Shown one piece after another: positions 1 through 13,239 of a stretch of DNA of 20,000 bases (the stretch's first letter is position 1; the number at the start of each line of letters is the position of its first letter). Source of the stretch: Vermamoeba vermiformis (taxonomy: Eukaryota); contig JBEWZL010000235.1 of the NCBI GenBank assembly GCA_045837725.1, positions 421,450 to 441,449 on the forward strand, given 5' to 3'. The notes beneath the pieces were generated by a model, which saw nothing but the letters and a program-made list of their open reading frames with translations, was not told the origin of the DNA and did no database searches. The position numbers were made by a program, and so were the translations under genes.

Positions 1-2049
1 GGATTGAAGATGCAGATGATGAAAACACAACAACTACTCCTAAAATAACTGTAACAAATACAAACAACGCAGACGATTTAAGTGCACACGAGGTCCCAAG
101 CCCGCTTCTTGCGCCGCATGCAACGCTACCCGCGCAATCTCAAACGGATGCATCTGGAATCTTGCCCAAGGAGCGAATAAATAAAGAAACCGACGCAAAA
201 GCTGCGGCACCATCACTTCTTCCAACATCTATTACAATTCCGAGGCTAGAGGAAGATGAAGCAAACGAAAAGGATGCGTTTTTGAATAGGAGATCCGTTA
301 ATAAGCGAAAGAAACCTCATACGAAATTAAAAGAGTCACAAATGATTATAGAAGTACAAGAAGAAAACGTTCCGCGAAAGCATCGCTATATTGGACGTCA
401 TGAGCCACTTCCAGAGGATTACATTGATTCCAGATGTGGAAAGTACGTTTAAAAATTTTCCTTAATTATTCGGGTAATTATGATAGCAACGCTATCACTA
501 TTGATCTTATAATTCATGATTTACTTCGCAAATGAATTCATTTCAAATTTTCAAACGGTTGGAATTTTTGCCCAGTTCAATTTGCGTTACTTTTAACGTT
601 GTTTAATACGTATTTCCAATTCTTGATTGTTTGTTACTTTGAACGTTAAGGGCATAATATTGATCTACGTGTATTTATCTGATCATTTAAATTTCGAAAT
701 CGGAACACATCCGCTTACGCCCGCGTACTAACGAAATCCTTTTTATAGATACAACTGCTCCGAAAATTCATTCACCTTTTACACAACATTGTACCTGATA
801 CGGTCATTCTCAACACTAGTGTTTCACTCGATTATGTTGGTTGTATTATTATTGTCAATAGGCTCAACGGTACTGTTTTATCAATTTGAGTTGGTCTCTG
901 ATATGCCACTCACAATTATTGCTACTGGTTTATTCTTCCCTATCTCATTCGGGTACGTCATAATATACATTTGCAAGCTTTAAAAGGCTATTTAAAACCG
1001 AGAAATTGGATCCGTTGGTGACACGTGTAGATCCCGTACTTTTAATGATTTTTTGTCTCGATACATACTAACAATCTCATTATATAGCATTAACTGGACA
1101 TTCACTCGACGAGAAGCATTCATTAATAATATTGCGGACCTTAAATCATGCATTCTAGGCATGTACATGTGCGTCAAAGAATGGAAGCGACGCGACTCGG
1201 ACATTGTACGTGAAAGTCTAATACAATTGACTTGCAATTGAAGATTAATCGTGCGATACTATTCAGGACATCAGAATGAAAGCTGTGTGCGCTGCAATGT
1301 TGCAATCGATTCAATTGTATCTGATGCACAAAGGCTCGAGCGTCGCCGAGATGTACGCATTGTTCCAGAAAGCCTTTGAAGTATGAAATCATTTCTCGTA
1401 TATAATGTTGTTATAGGCCTTAAGAACACGTGTTAACATACCTTTACGTAGATTTTAGAAGAGCTGCGCACGCACGACGATTGGATCAAGAGCGTGATTT
1501 CACGTGCTTACCAATACCACCGATTTATCGTCATGGACTTCGAGAAGTTGCGCGTTGTGCACGATTACAGGTACACATATCCTTGTATTTTGAAATGGGC
1601 GGATCGCGAAGTTTCCATAATAGGAAACTTTTCATTATTAACATATATTAAATCATGAATATTAATCAACCTATCTTAGAACGCCATCCTCCCTACGTGC
1701 CTTCGGTTTGTTCTTCTTGTTGTGCTGCCCAGTGCTGTTTGGACCTCTGTTTGCCAAATATGGAAGGGATTACGGGTTGTGGTAAGATTTTTCGGGTAAT
1801 TACGTTCGGTTTATGCATAAACTGAATTATTTTGATTACAGGAGCGGCATCTACATCTCTATGCTTATTTCAATTATGTTAGTAAGCTTGTACAGAATTC
1901 AAAGCGACCAGGAAGATCCCTGCGATGGATCGGGCGTCGACGACCTCGATTTGGGCATCTTAGCCGAACCTCAAGACTATATGACCTTGAAGGCGCATAA
2001 GAAGGCAAAGGTGTTACTAATCAATAATCATAAGCCGAGAAACAACTAA
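1..2049 (+). CDS. Bestrophin-like (UPF0187/YneE-type) multi-pass membrane protein with a long low-complexity N-terminus; 5' partial, spliced
   Basis: The frame is open from base 3 to a donor at 443. Intron 443-748 (TACTAAC branch site) joins in phase to the hydrophobic exon 749-952. Further GT-AG exons give FPISFGINWTFTRREA, YRTPSSLRAF and IQSDQEDPCDG, which resemble bestrophin-like motifs (F..RR.A, RTP, EDPFD). Stop at 2049. Confidence 0.7.
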
Positions 2050-2280
2050 TCACTACGGATCGTAATCGATACAGACGTTGCAACCGATCTCATGTAAATA
2101 TTTTGAACACAAAATGTGAGGCCCGAAAGCGCGTTTGTGCACTTAGTATTATTTCACTAATAAGTGAGTCGTTTTTAGTCGTTACTTTCACGTGCCACAT
2201 TTCTGAGCTCGAAATTGCCAGGGTTAAAACGGTCTCGAAGTCGAATTCAGTTACATTGCGATTTTGAGACGAAGACAACG

Positions 2281-3962
2281 ATGGCTCGTCTTACCTTATT
2301 AATTTCTTTATTTTGTTTATGTTTCATAGCTTCCAATGCGTTGCTAGATCTGACGGTTTTTTCTGAGCAAGACGCTTTGGCATCTGGTGCCCGATGGTAT
2401 GAAATTAAACTAATTAAATACAAAATTAAATACATATTATGCAGCCTCGATGGAAGTCCTGCTGGTTATTATATCGAAGTTGGTGAGTTTAAGAAAAGAT
2501 CCACAAGGTTAAACAAATAAATTAAATCAAATATTTGACAGGATCGGTGCCCAATAAATGGGTCATTTCGTTAGAAGGCGGAGGTTTGTGCATCGGCGTC
2601 GATGCTTGTAAAGGCCGTTTGAATGTATGAGATTTTTTTTTGACAAGATCGATTGCTAACCACCCTTTTACAGAATTCGCTCGGTTCCTCGACTTACTTT
2701 GCTTCCACCTATGATGGCGTGGACCAGACTTACGGAGGAAGAAGCGATTACGCAGCAGAGATTAACCCGGTAATGCTTACCTTAGTTCGATCCACCCGCG
2801 AACTAATGCCAAATATTTAGGGCTTTTGGAACTGGACCCGAGTGCACGTACCTTATTGCAATGGAGATTTGTGGTCTGGTACTCGTACTACCGTCGAACC
2901 AACCTACGGAGTTTATTTCTCCGGACACTTGACGGTCAAAGCTGTCATTGAAGGTGAGTCCAACTGCTTCATTATACCGGGTCTATATTAACCAGGAACT
3001 GCATTTAGATTTAATTTCCAAGCACGGACTCGACAAGGCAGACGAATTAATTTTCTCTGGTGGAAGTGCTGGAGCCCTGGGTGCTACTGCTAACATCGAT
3101 TGGGTCAATCAAGTACGCACTACGATTGCCAATGGTATTGTTTTTCTAACTAATTATCTTGCAGAGATTACAAGGCGTAACAATCTCCGTGCTGTTGAAC
3201 GCAGGCTGGTTCATCCCTTACTACGAACCATTCATGAACAACGCAGTACCATTAGAGGACCTTATCCGCAACGCTACTACGTACTATCAAAGCCGTTTGA
3301 ACGGCGATTGTGTTGCTGATCACCCCGGCAACGCGAGCATCTGCACCTTCCCTCAAATCGCGTACAAATACATCTCCAACAGATTGTTCATCTTGCAATC
3401 GGTTATCGACAGCACGCTTGCAGGCTTCTTGGGCCTATACATCGACGGTCAAAACTATCAACAAGCAGGTCTCTGGACTATCGGACTGGGCGGTGTTGTT
3501 CAAGCCTCACTGCAGAACAATGTCGTGACTCGCTACGGCAGCGGTGGCGTTGTCACCACGTGTTTTATTCACGGTCTGCCCTGGACTGACGTGAAGTTCG
3601 TCGTTCAAGGCCACTACAGCGCGTACTACGCTATGAACTGGTACTACAACTTGCCCGAGCCACACTTCGCTTGGGATGGTTGTGACTTGACTTCGGCTGT
3701 CACTCTTCTCCTCACCAACAATTCACTGCTTACGGACTGCAACGGACTGATGCAGATGTGCTCTAAGGGCCAAGACGTATTTCCAGCCCCTCCTCTTTCA
3801 CCCCCCACGCCTGCCGTGCCTCAAAGTTCACCTGTCACAAGTCCATCGACCACTAGTCCTTCTTCAGTCTCCGCAGTCCCTCGCTCCAATCAAGCCTCCC
3901 AATTATTATTGAATGCCACTGTACTGCTTATCTCAGCAATATTTTTAATCTTGGCATATTAA
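2281..3962 (+). CDS. Pectin acetylesterase / Notum-family hydrolase, secreted, probably GPI-anchored; spliced
   Basis: Signal peptide MARLTLLISLFCLCFIASNA. Motifs LDGSPAGYYI, WVISLEGGGLC, VHVPYCNGDLWSG and the nucleophile elbow GGSAGA. Ser/Pro/Thr-rich linker followed by a hydrophobic C-terminal tail. Confidence 0.88.
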
Positions 3963-4070
3963 ATTAGTCAACGTAACATTCGAACGAAGATTCTCCGTCA
4001 AAGTTTCCTTTTTTTTTTTGATTGTTTGATTCATTTTATTTTGAATTAAAAGCCCACAAGCCGTGCATCA

Positions 4071-5698
4071 ATGAAGGTCGCTTTCATCTTATTGCTCGGA
4101 GCGCTTATCAGCTTGACACTCGCCGTCCAGAAAGGCGACGAATTTTTTACGCAACGCATCCGCGCCAAGTTTGATGACAATACCGTCATATGGACAACTA
4201 ACGCAGAGGCTCGTCAAAAAGGTGCGTTAAACATTTTTCTGATTTTTCTGTGTTGAAATTGAAAAAATTCGATCCGTCAGCTTGGGACCTTGGCCGCAAA
4301 GGAGTTGGATACATTGATGTCACGGATGTAACCTCTCAAAGAATCCCACAACGACAAACCCAATTTCCTACAAAGCCTGCTCATCAAAAATTGATTGATC
4401 CGTTGTTGGCCCAACTGTCTGACGAGAATTTATTGGCTTATTGCACCAAGCTTTCGTCTTTCCCGACTCGCGTAAGTTCATTTGACGTTTACGAGATTCG
4501 GAATCTTCTTGTTAAACTTCGATGGGATCCGGATGTGCTAATTTTTTATTTACTGCAGTATTATACGTCCAAGAGCGGTGTTGAAGCTGCCAATTGGATT
4601 AAAACTCAATTCGAAACATTTGCTGCAGGCAATAAAGACGTCACTGTTGAATTATTTGAGCACAAATGGGCTCAGCCTTCAGTTATTGCTACCATTAAAG
4701 GTAATTATCACAAGTCATGTTTCTAATAATTGCAACTGTTATTAATATCTTGGTTTTTTTGAAGGTTATGGCCCTCTTGCGGATGAAATTGTCATTATCG
4801 GAGCGCACGAGGACTCAATTTCTTTCAGCGGAGCCACTGCCCCTGGTGCTGATGACGATGGTATTAACGCGGTGCTAATATAATTCATGTAGTGTATTAA
4901 CCACCGAATATTTTGTGATCTGCAGGAAGTGGCACGTCGAATGTCCTTGAAATTTTCAGAGTACTTGTCAACTCCGGCATCAAATTCAACCGAACTATTC
5001 AATTCATGACTTATTCAGCTGAAGAGGGTAAGTACATTCAACAGTGATAGTGCTGTTATAATCAATATTGATGTCGGCTTTAGTTGGTTTGAAGGGCAGT
5101 GCCGCCATTGCCGACACTTACTACAAAGCCGATGCTAAAGTGTTCGCCGTGTTTCAAGCGGACATGACTGCGTACACCGCACCTGGCAAGCCGCAGCAGC
5201 TCAACATTATTGGCGACTATGTCAACAAAGATTTGACCAACTTCTTGAAGGTAAGGCACTACCTGTAGTGAGCAATAGGTCTCCATACTTGTCTATAATT
5301 CGGCTTTGTTATCGAATCTTCGTGATTACTTAGTTTTGCAAGTGCTTCGAAATTACATTTTCGATAATTTTGTAACGGATCAACGCATACTTAGCTAACA
5401 TCATTTTATTCTTTAGACGCTTGTTCCTGCCTATACTACACTTCCTTATGTTGTCTCAAACTGCGACTATGCCTGCAGCGACCACGCCTCTTGGTTCGAA
5501 TACGGCTACGCGGATGTGGCCGTTATCGAGGCAGATCCAGCGGGTGACATTGATCCTTACATTCATTCTAACCAAGATACAGTGGACAAGTTGGATTTCA
5601 AATACAGTCTTGAATACGCCAAGCTCGGATTGAGTTTTGTTACTGAGTTGGCTTTGTACACCGCTGAAAGTGCACCAACAGCAGATTATAAATACTAG
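4071..5698 (+). CDS. Secreted M28 family zinc aminopeptidase (leucyl aminopeptidase-like); spliced
   Basis: Signal peptide. After splicing, the M28 metal-ligand motifs appear: IIGAHEDS, PGADDDGSG, YSAEEVGLKGS, QADMTAY, YACSDHASW and PYIHSNQDT. Confidence 0.93.
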
Positions 5699-5834
5699 TT
5701 ATGAAAGTATAATAAATCGTGCACTTACAATTTCAAGAGGAATATTCCTTTCAAGATCCACCAGCATTAGTATTTTTTTTTGGGAACGGAATAAGTTTTG
5801 ATAACATTTAAATTGATAACACAACGGGCACAAA

Positions 5835-8429
5835 ATGGAAGTCGATGACCAAGCGAGCACGACATTGGCAATAGAAGCCATTGGTACGATCAATGCGTGG
5901 ATCGAGAATATTTGATTGACATTATTTGTTAAATTAATTATGAATAATTTTTTAGACAAAATCCCCGCCAATTTGGACAGTAATTTGACATCTTTGACCA
6001 TCACCGGTGGTTTATTTACTCAGATAAAAAAGTAAGAATTTCAAAAATATTAAATAATTCAGAATCGTCTCAATTAATTATGTTATCGTTCTATCATCTA
6101 GCTTAAGCCGTTTGACAAATTTGAGAAGCTTGTCTATCACAAACAGTGCAATTACAGAAGTGGATGGGCTAGATCACAATTACAACTTACAAACGTTGCT
6201 TTTAAACGGCAATTCAATACGCGCAATCAAAAAGAAAAATATAGGCAAGTGTGAAAATGAGCTTATTACAATTTTCCGTTATTTTCATTACTGACACCAT
6301 TTTTGAAAGGACATTTGACAAATCTTCAATACTTATCACTGAACGACACGCTAGTATCAAATTTATGGACCACAGTCGACGCGTTAAAGACATTGACTAA
6401 TCTCCGGCAATTAATTTTCGACTCGTCGTCATTGCCGTCAATAAGCGCGGAAGATTTTAACGACGAAGAAGGTCAAAGCGAACAAAATGACAGTCGAAGT
6501 TCAATGAGCGATATTAGCGATATTGAAAATATGTTGGAGACTAGTAGCAATAGCGATATGGATCAAGAAGGGTCTGATAGTGAAGAAGAAAACAGTTTCA
6601 GCGAGTTGGCACGGTGGATGCACCGCACTTTGGATTACGGATTAATTCACAAACAAAGATACTACAGAGAATTTATTATACACCATTTGCCTCAATTAGA
6701 ATCACTCGATGAAGTTAAAATTTCAGCACAAGAGCGCGTACAAAGCAGCGAAATTGTTGCAAAGCATTTTATCGTTAATCCGTTCAAAGAATTCATCAAA
6801 TTCAACGAAAAATCGATGCAAAGTATGCCCGATCTTCTTACGGATTGGCAATTAGGCAAGTTAAAGTCTTATTATAGCGAAATGTAGGCCTAATTTATAA
6901 TGAAAAAATTTAGGAACGGTGCCGTCAAGGTCAATGGCCACGCGCACTTATCGCAAACATTACGCACAATACGCACAACCAGCGTTCACGCGACTATGTG
7001 ACAAATACAAGCCTCGGCAAATAGAATACAACCCGACCTTGCCCGGACTCATGTTATTCGGCACAATCAACGGTGAGTGGCAGTAACATGCAGTTTGAAA
7101 TTGAGATTAAAAATTAATTTCGTTTTTTTTTAGCGGAGATTGGAGTGCTGAACTATGAAAAGAAAAAAGTGTTGGGCATGACTTCAGTTGAAGGGTACTT
7201 ACAACATTGACAGCGCACTACATCGTACTAATATGATTATAATTCGCTTATAGCAACAGAGGCACAGTTCTCGGGCTGTGTTGGCTCCGATCAAATCCGT
7301 TCAGATTTGTAGCTGGATGTGACTCAGGGCATATAAATATGTTCGACGTCAACGATTTGATTGGTAGGTTTTTCCATTCATTTTAACTTTATAAGCTAAC
7401 AGAGTGATTTTTTTGCAGCACAACGAGGTCCATTACATCAATACATGAAATTTCCGCGTCTGACGTCGATTAGCGTCAATGCCACTGACGAACTGCTGTT
7501 AACAAGTAGGAGTTCCATGTGATGTATTTCTTGGATGCAACTAACTCGGCATTCAGGCGGCTACTCTCGCAATGTATTCGTGCACGACTTGCAAACGAGT
7601 CGTGAAGTGCGCACGTATCAAGACTGTCACACAAATTACATCAATTCTGCAAAATTTGCAAATTCCGTGCCGTACTTGTTCACTACATCGTCGTTCGATC
7701 ATTCACTGAAATTGTTTGACATTCGAGACCGCTCTACGGTACGTTTGTTCATTACCAAATATGGAAGTTTTACTGACGAACAAATGCTGCAGCATCCAAT
7801 TTACACACGAGAAACTAAAAACGAGTGTCTCATGGTCACGTGGTCTCCCGATGACAGGTCAGCATTCTCCTGCTTTCTACGAATATTTCCTAATTTGGCA
7901 ATAGATTTTTGCTCTTATCCTGTGCAGACAACGAAGTAACACAATTCAATGCTGTAGACGGATCAATCAATTTAGCGTAAGAACAAACTTTATTCTTCGA
8001 ATTAGGTGTTAATAAAATCGATATAGGTACCCACTTAAGCCTATCAACAGCGAATACAACTACACGCGATCATATTACATCAATCGTGGCCAATACATTA
8101 TTGTCGGATCTTGCGAACAAGCAGCGATTAGAATCTGCTCGACCAAAGACGGAAGATTGTTACGCGAAGTGAATTTTGACGATGACGCTGGTGCCCTAAG
8201 ACTATGTAAGTGCATTTTAATGTGAAGCTCACGATTACCGATTTAACTGTGTTGATAATAGGCTGTCAATCTTTACGCGGAAATCCGCACGAAGACTTTA
8301 GATTTTCAATTCTCGTTGCAGAGTAAGTCATTCTATTTTAGGCGCATAAAATACTTACCTGTGCATATTAGGGTGCTGAATTACTCGGATTTAAAGTTGT
8401 ACGATGTCGATTTGCTGCATTGCGAATAA
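5835..8429 (+). CDS. LRR + acidic linker + WD40 protein resembling plant DHU1 (DWD hypersensitive to UV-B 1); many exons
   Basis: ATG at 5835. LRRs (LTNLRSLSITNSAI, LQTLLLNGNSI), an LRRcap-like YREFIIHHLPQLESLD, then WD40 segments PRQIEYNPT, VLGLCWL, HTNYINSAKF, FTTSSFDHSLKLFDIR (DWD-like box), NYTRSYYIN and QSLRGNP. TAA at 8427-8429. Confidence 0.8.
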
Positions 8430-8515
8430 ATACAGCTGTTTATTTCGAAAAGTTTGCAGCGATCGCTCCAAACGAACCCAGCAAGGATTTACATCTTGTA
8501 TAGAACTCGAATTTC

Positions 8516-9144
8516 TCAAGAACCAAAACCGTAGAGTGTTCTGCCTTGTCTCTTGAGCGAGTACACGACGTCCATTGCAGTCACGGTCTTGCGCTTTGCG
8601 TACTGATAAAACTGTTAGGGTACAATATTTCGTCACTTGGCTAAATTAAGATGTGCACGAATTTGAATTGAGAAGTGATTGTTTGGTGTTTTTTGCACCT
8701 TAACGCTCCGATTATTGTGCAATCTTAAACTTTCTTGTTTTGAATGAAAAGCTAAGTGTATTTTAGCGTACGCACGCGGTCACCATACTTCCTTCAAAAA
8801 ATTTGGCGTTCCATTCACAGTATTGTAATTTCCTGGTCTTAAATTGACAGAGGACACCTACTTCAGTGTAAGTCACGGCGTCACGCACAACCTTCTCCAA
8901 GAACACGTGCAACACGCCGCGCGTCTCTTCGTAGATCAAGCCGCTGATTCTCTTCACTCCTCCACGACGCGCAAGTCTTTTAATCGCGGGTTGGTAACAT
9001 GAGTGATTGATTCGCGGTATAGCTGTTAAACTCAGATTAGAGACGGAATTGCACTGGAAGGTTGCGTACTCTTCTTCTGCGCTTGACACCGCCTGTTCCG
9101 ATGCCTTTCAAGCCAAGACCTTTGCCTTTACCTATTCCTGACAT
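8516..9144 (-). CDS. H4: Histone H4, divergent variant, 3 exons; apparent 1-nt frameshift (possible pseudogene or sequence error)
   Basis: Exons 9144-9070 ([25 protein letters not shown]), 9022-8862 (...[43 protein letters not shown]) and 8602-8516 ([28 protein letters not shown]). Exon 2 is 161 nt between two phase-0 introns, one base short of staying in frame. Confidence 0.92.
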
Positions 9145-9267
9145 TATTGTTATGTGTGGTCGCTACTTCGTTTTGTTGTTTGGATTGACATTCGCTCCAA
9201 ATTTGGTAAATATGTTTTCAAAGTGATGTTCAACGTTCGTTATCTTCAAAAAAGTGAATATTGTGTT

Positions 9268-9277
9268 CTGATTGGTC
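9268..9277 (-). promoter_or_regulatory. CCAAT box (NF-Y-like) upstream of the histone H4 gene
   Basis: The minus strand reads GACCAATCAG about 125 bp upstream of the H4 ATG, matching the RRCCAATCAG consensus common in histone promoters. Confidence 0.4.
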
Positions 9278-9410
9278 AGAACTTGGAATTTTGCCTGGAT
9301 AAGGACCGACACGAATTTCTAGTCCGTTTTTCAGCAGATCTGCGCTAAATCAAGTAAACTTTATATATTACAATATTGCATTACCGCAACGGTAGGCACT
9401 TCGTGAATAT

Positions 9411-10643
9411 TTAAAAAGAGTCCCAATACGTCTTGCCACTCATTCGGTTAAACTTTCTGTACAAATAGATCTCGACAATGATCATGCCAGGAACGAACAT
9501 CAAATACGCAGCAATGTTGAGCCAAATGCCGGTGATCTCCCATTCACCAATATCGACTCCCGCAATGCCTGCGAACACCTGAAAAGCCAAAGTAAGCGTC
9601 AATACAAGCAAGAAATTATTGATCTAGATCGTGTTCACTGCACTTACGAAGGGAGAAGTTAATAACCGATAAATAGGACTGCCCATGCCAATATTGAATG
9701 TTCTAATAGCCCACGCTCGATGCACTTGCACCTATTCCACGTGTCATTACCAGATCCAAAGATGTAATCACTGAATTGTGATTGCAAGCACGTACCTTAT
9801 GTTGTCTGATGCGAATGTACGTCATCAGTCCTGAAATGAAAAATACCGCGCCATAGACCAAGAATGCGACGTCCATCACAAGGCCACCTGAAAAGCGTCG
9901 AATCAGACGACGATCATTCGACGAGGTATTAATGTCTTACCGACTGTGCCGTTGAGGATAATATACACAAGTCCTGCAACACTCGCTGGCAAACAACCGA
10001 GAGCAAGGTAAATGCGACCGGTCCAGCGATGAAATCGCGGCCATTTTGTTCTTACACTTTGCATTAATTGAAAAGGACCAGTCAAAATAACTATAATTCC
10101 ACCTAAACAATCATATTAAAATAATATTCCCGGTGAATCACAGAAAATCTGCGTAAGAGATCTGGAAGCCACCTTTTCATGAAATGACGTTCAATATTCT
10201 GGTGGTATCTCACGCAGTATTAAAATTAAATATGATATATCTTATAAACTCATACCGATCCAATGCATAGCAATGGGAGCAGTACGAGGCTCATATGAGT
10301 AATCGCTGATCGATTTCCAATCCTCGACTGGCTTGACAAAAAACCACGCAAAAATATAGCCAGTGAACCATATGGACCACAGTAATGCCAATATTAACGT
10401 GGCCGTAATACAACGTGACTTATGGGGTGATTTCTGAATAGAGCAGTTATTAGCCACTATCTCCAATATTATTAATTTAATAAAATTGGTATCTAGTCAT
10501 TAATTTATTGAGCGCTTCGCTGATGTTGCGCATTTGATTATTTGCGACTAAGCAACGGTCAAAATGAATTTAAATACCGATCAACATACGCGCTTTTCTG
10601 GGGATAATAATCCTGCTTCTTCCCACGTTACCGCGTTGTCCAT
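9411..10643 (-). CDS. DUF2306-like multi-pass membrane protein; spliced
   Basis: Hydrophobic exons carry GPFQLMQSVRTKWPRFHRWTGRIY and HRAWAIRTF, which resemble DUF2306 (H..W.GR.Y; HR.WM.RS). The start is uncertain; a probable micro-exon ATG GAC AAC GCG|gtaac lies at 10643-10632. Confidence 0.72.
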
Positions 10644-10892
10644 ATTGTTATATATTACAAACACCGTTAGGCTAAAAGGCTGTGAAGGTCTAAAATTTTA
10701 CAGAGCGTGATCACGTCTTTACACTCCTCTTTGAGTGGGTTAGTTATCGCCTGTAGCTGTACAATATCTTTGTCAAATGAGCTATTTTCTCTGCGTGTCG
10801 TCTCGTGTGCTTGACGGCCTGCGGACTAAATATTTATCCTGGCCAGTGATTTTTAGCGGCCCGCGATATTTTTTTTAACACTTACGTGCAAT

Positions 10893-13136
10893 ATGAATAA
10901 CACATTACGTTGTACTATATATTTAGTATTCTTTATTGTATTTTCCTTCGTTGCAGCGGTAAGCGATCGCGTAGATGTATTGCCACTCGTAAAAACTCAC
11001 TTACACGTTTTGTAGAATGAAATTGTAAATATAGAAGGCCTGGGAAAGGTCCGAGGCCATTTTATTTCGGATAAAACAATTGAATTCCTTGGGATCCCGT
11101 ACGTAACAACTTTTTACGACGATTAAATAATTTTAAACAATTATCCGAATGAAGCAATAGTATTCAAAAATCATGGAAAATAATCGCTTGGCATTAGAAA
11201 ATTAAATCTATTTTGCAAAGCTTTTCGGGGACTGACACGATCTATTTTTATAGCTACGCTGAACCCCCCGTTGGCGATCGTCGCTTGAGACCATCAACTC
11301 CCGTTCAGCCGTGGAAAAACACTATTGAAGCCACTCGTGGCGTGATTTGTCCTCAACATCCCCCTCGCTTCACTCCCCACCACTTGGAGCGATCCGAAGA
11401 CTGCTTAGTGGTCAATATTTGGACTCCCGCTGATACTACTCCTAAGAGCAAGCTGCCTGTCTTGGTATATATTCACGGTGGTGCTTTCTACGTCGGTAGT
11501 GGTCTCGATAATTATGCCAATCCGCACAACTTGACGCAGGTAAGGCGTTACCGAAAAGTGATCGATAATTTAACTAACGAACAATAGAACGACGTTATTT
11601 TTGTGAACGTTAACTATCGTCTTGGGTTTTTGGGATTTTTGGCGCATCCAGCATTGACTCGTGAAAATCCTACGAAGCCGTGCAATTTTGGTTTGCTCGA
11701 TCAACGTCTCGCACTCGATTGGGTCAGCAAACACATTGGCGCGTTTGGAGGCGATAGCAGCAACATTACTTTAATGGGAGAGTCCGCGGGTGCAATTAGT
11801 ATCATGGCTCACTTGGCCGCAGCTGACGTGTACAACCCGCCGGTGAGCAAGGCTGTTATCATGAGCAGTGTTCCTTGGTTCACACGTGCCAATCTCTCGC
11901 ATGCCGAGGAGCTCGGTGTTAACTTGGTGAAGAAGTTGGGCTGCAGCGGCACTGAGTAAGTGATGGTGAGCAGTTGGCAAACGATATTAACCCAATCAAA
12001 TAGCGACGAAGTTTTGAAGTGCTTGCGTGCTCTTCCGGCTGAAGATTTTATGATCGCGATGAGTCTTCGCTTGGTGTTCTTCTGGCATCTGTCAGAGACC
12101 GGCCCTGCCTTGATTCACGATGGTATCAACTTCAAGGAGCCCAACGTTGGTTCATTTATGGAGGTATTTCAAACACTGTGTACAAGAGTTAAGTAATAAC
12201 GCGTGCATTTGTAGGGCAAATTCAAGCACGACATTCCATTGATGATCGGTACCACCGCTGAAGAAGGCAATCTCTTCGTGTTCTTGTCCTTCTTGTTGCA
12301 CAAACCAACCGAAGATCTGTACAAAGACTTGGTTCATAAGGCATTTGGACGATTCTCCGAGTCTGTTCCTGGAATCGTGGACGAGATTTTTGAGCGTTAT
12401 TCGTTGACGACTCCTAAATACTGTAAGCCGTTCGTGATGCATTTTAATAACGCGTTATTAATGTCTGTCAGCCACTTTCCCTGCTTTCTATGCCCTTGGC
12501 GATATCATTACTGACGTCAGCTTCACTTGTCCGTCACAACAAATGTTGAAATCAGCGCACGAGTTCAGCACGAGCAAACACCCGAATGGCCATAAGAATG
12601 TCTACGGCTACCTGTGGAACTACAACCACGATCCCAGCGACGTCATGCGCGCTTATCACGGTAGCGAGTTGCCTTACTTCTTTGGCGGCGGTGACAGAAC
12701 TCAACCTGACTCCGTGACACTCGGCAAACAAGTCTTCGCGTACGTGCTGCAGTTCATCAGAACGGGATCGCCTTCCTTGCCCAATCAGCCTGCATGGCCA
12801 GCCTTCGGCAGTGAGCACAATGTGCTGGTGCTCCAACCGAATATCACCATGCAGACCCACTTCAAAGACGAGATCTGTCAGTGGTGGCAGAATAACTTCC
12901 CTAAGGGCATGCCGATGAGCACCGAGGACTTGCTCGCTGACGAACCATTCCTATCAGCGCTCTTTAACAAGTACGTCTTATTTGTCCTGATTATGTTCAA
13001 CAGAAAGCCTCGAATTGCCTATTCCATCACTGGCGTTGTCCTCTTGCTCTTCGGACTCGCCTTGTACAAAGTTGTAAAAGCCATTTGCTGCCGTCGTAAA
13101 AAGCCGGTTGCGACAAAGCAAAAGAAGCAGCAATAA
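10893..13136 (+). CDS. Type-B carboxylesterase/lipase with signal peptide and C-terminal transmembrane anchor; spliced
   Basis: Motifs FLGIPYAEPPVG, SEDCLVVNIWTP, YIHGGAF, VNYRLGFLGF and NFGLLDQRLALDWV. Catalytic triad in GESAG, GTTAEEG and YHGSELPYFFG. A TM helix is followed by a basic tail. Confidence 0.95.
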
Positions 13137-13239
13137 ACAGGTGTAGATCTCGCTTTTTTTGGCGGTAGATTTCTTTTCATGAAAAACACAATAACCTTTT
13201 TTTCTGGCACTTTCATAATAATCAGTTACAAATCCCAAA

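Noticed and set aside
162-452. Stand-alone 96-aa ORF
   Set aside because: The frame is open from base 3 and splices in phase (443-748) into the membrane-protein gene, so it is an exon.
8603-8861. Relatively long H4 intron 2 (259 nt) as a possible ncRNA host or insertion
   Set aside because: I found no convincing snoRNA boxes with terminal stem, terminal repeats or target-site duplication, and the 306-nt intron at 443-748 shows this length is not unique.
9377-9398. Small imperfect hairpin TGCATTACCG-CAA-CGGTAGGCA just past the DUF2306-like stop
   Set aside because: It is isolated and short, and compatible with chance.
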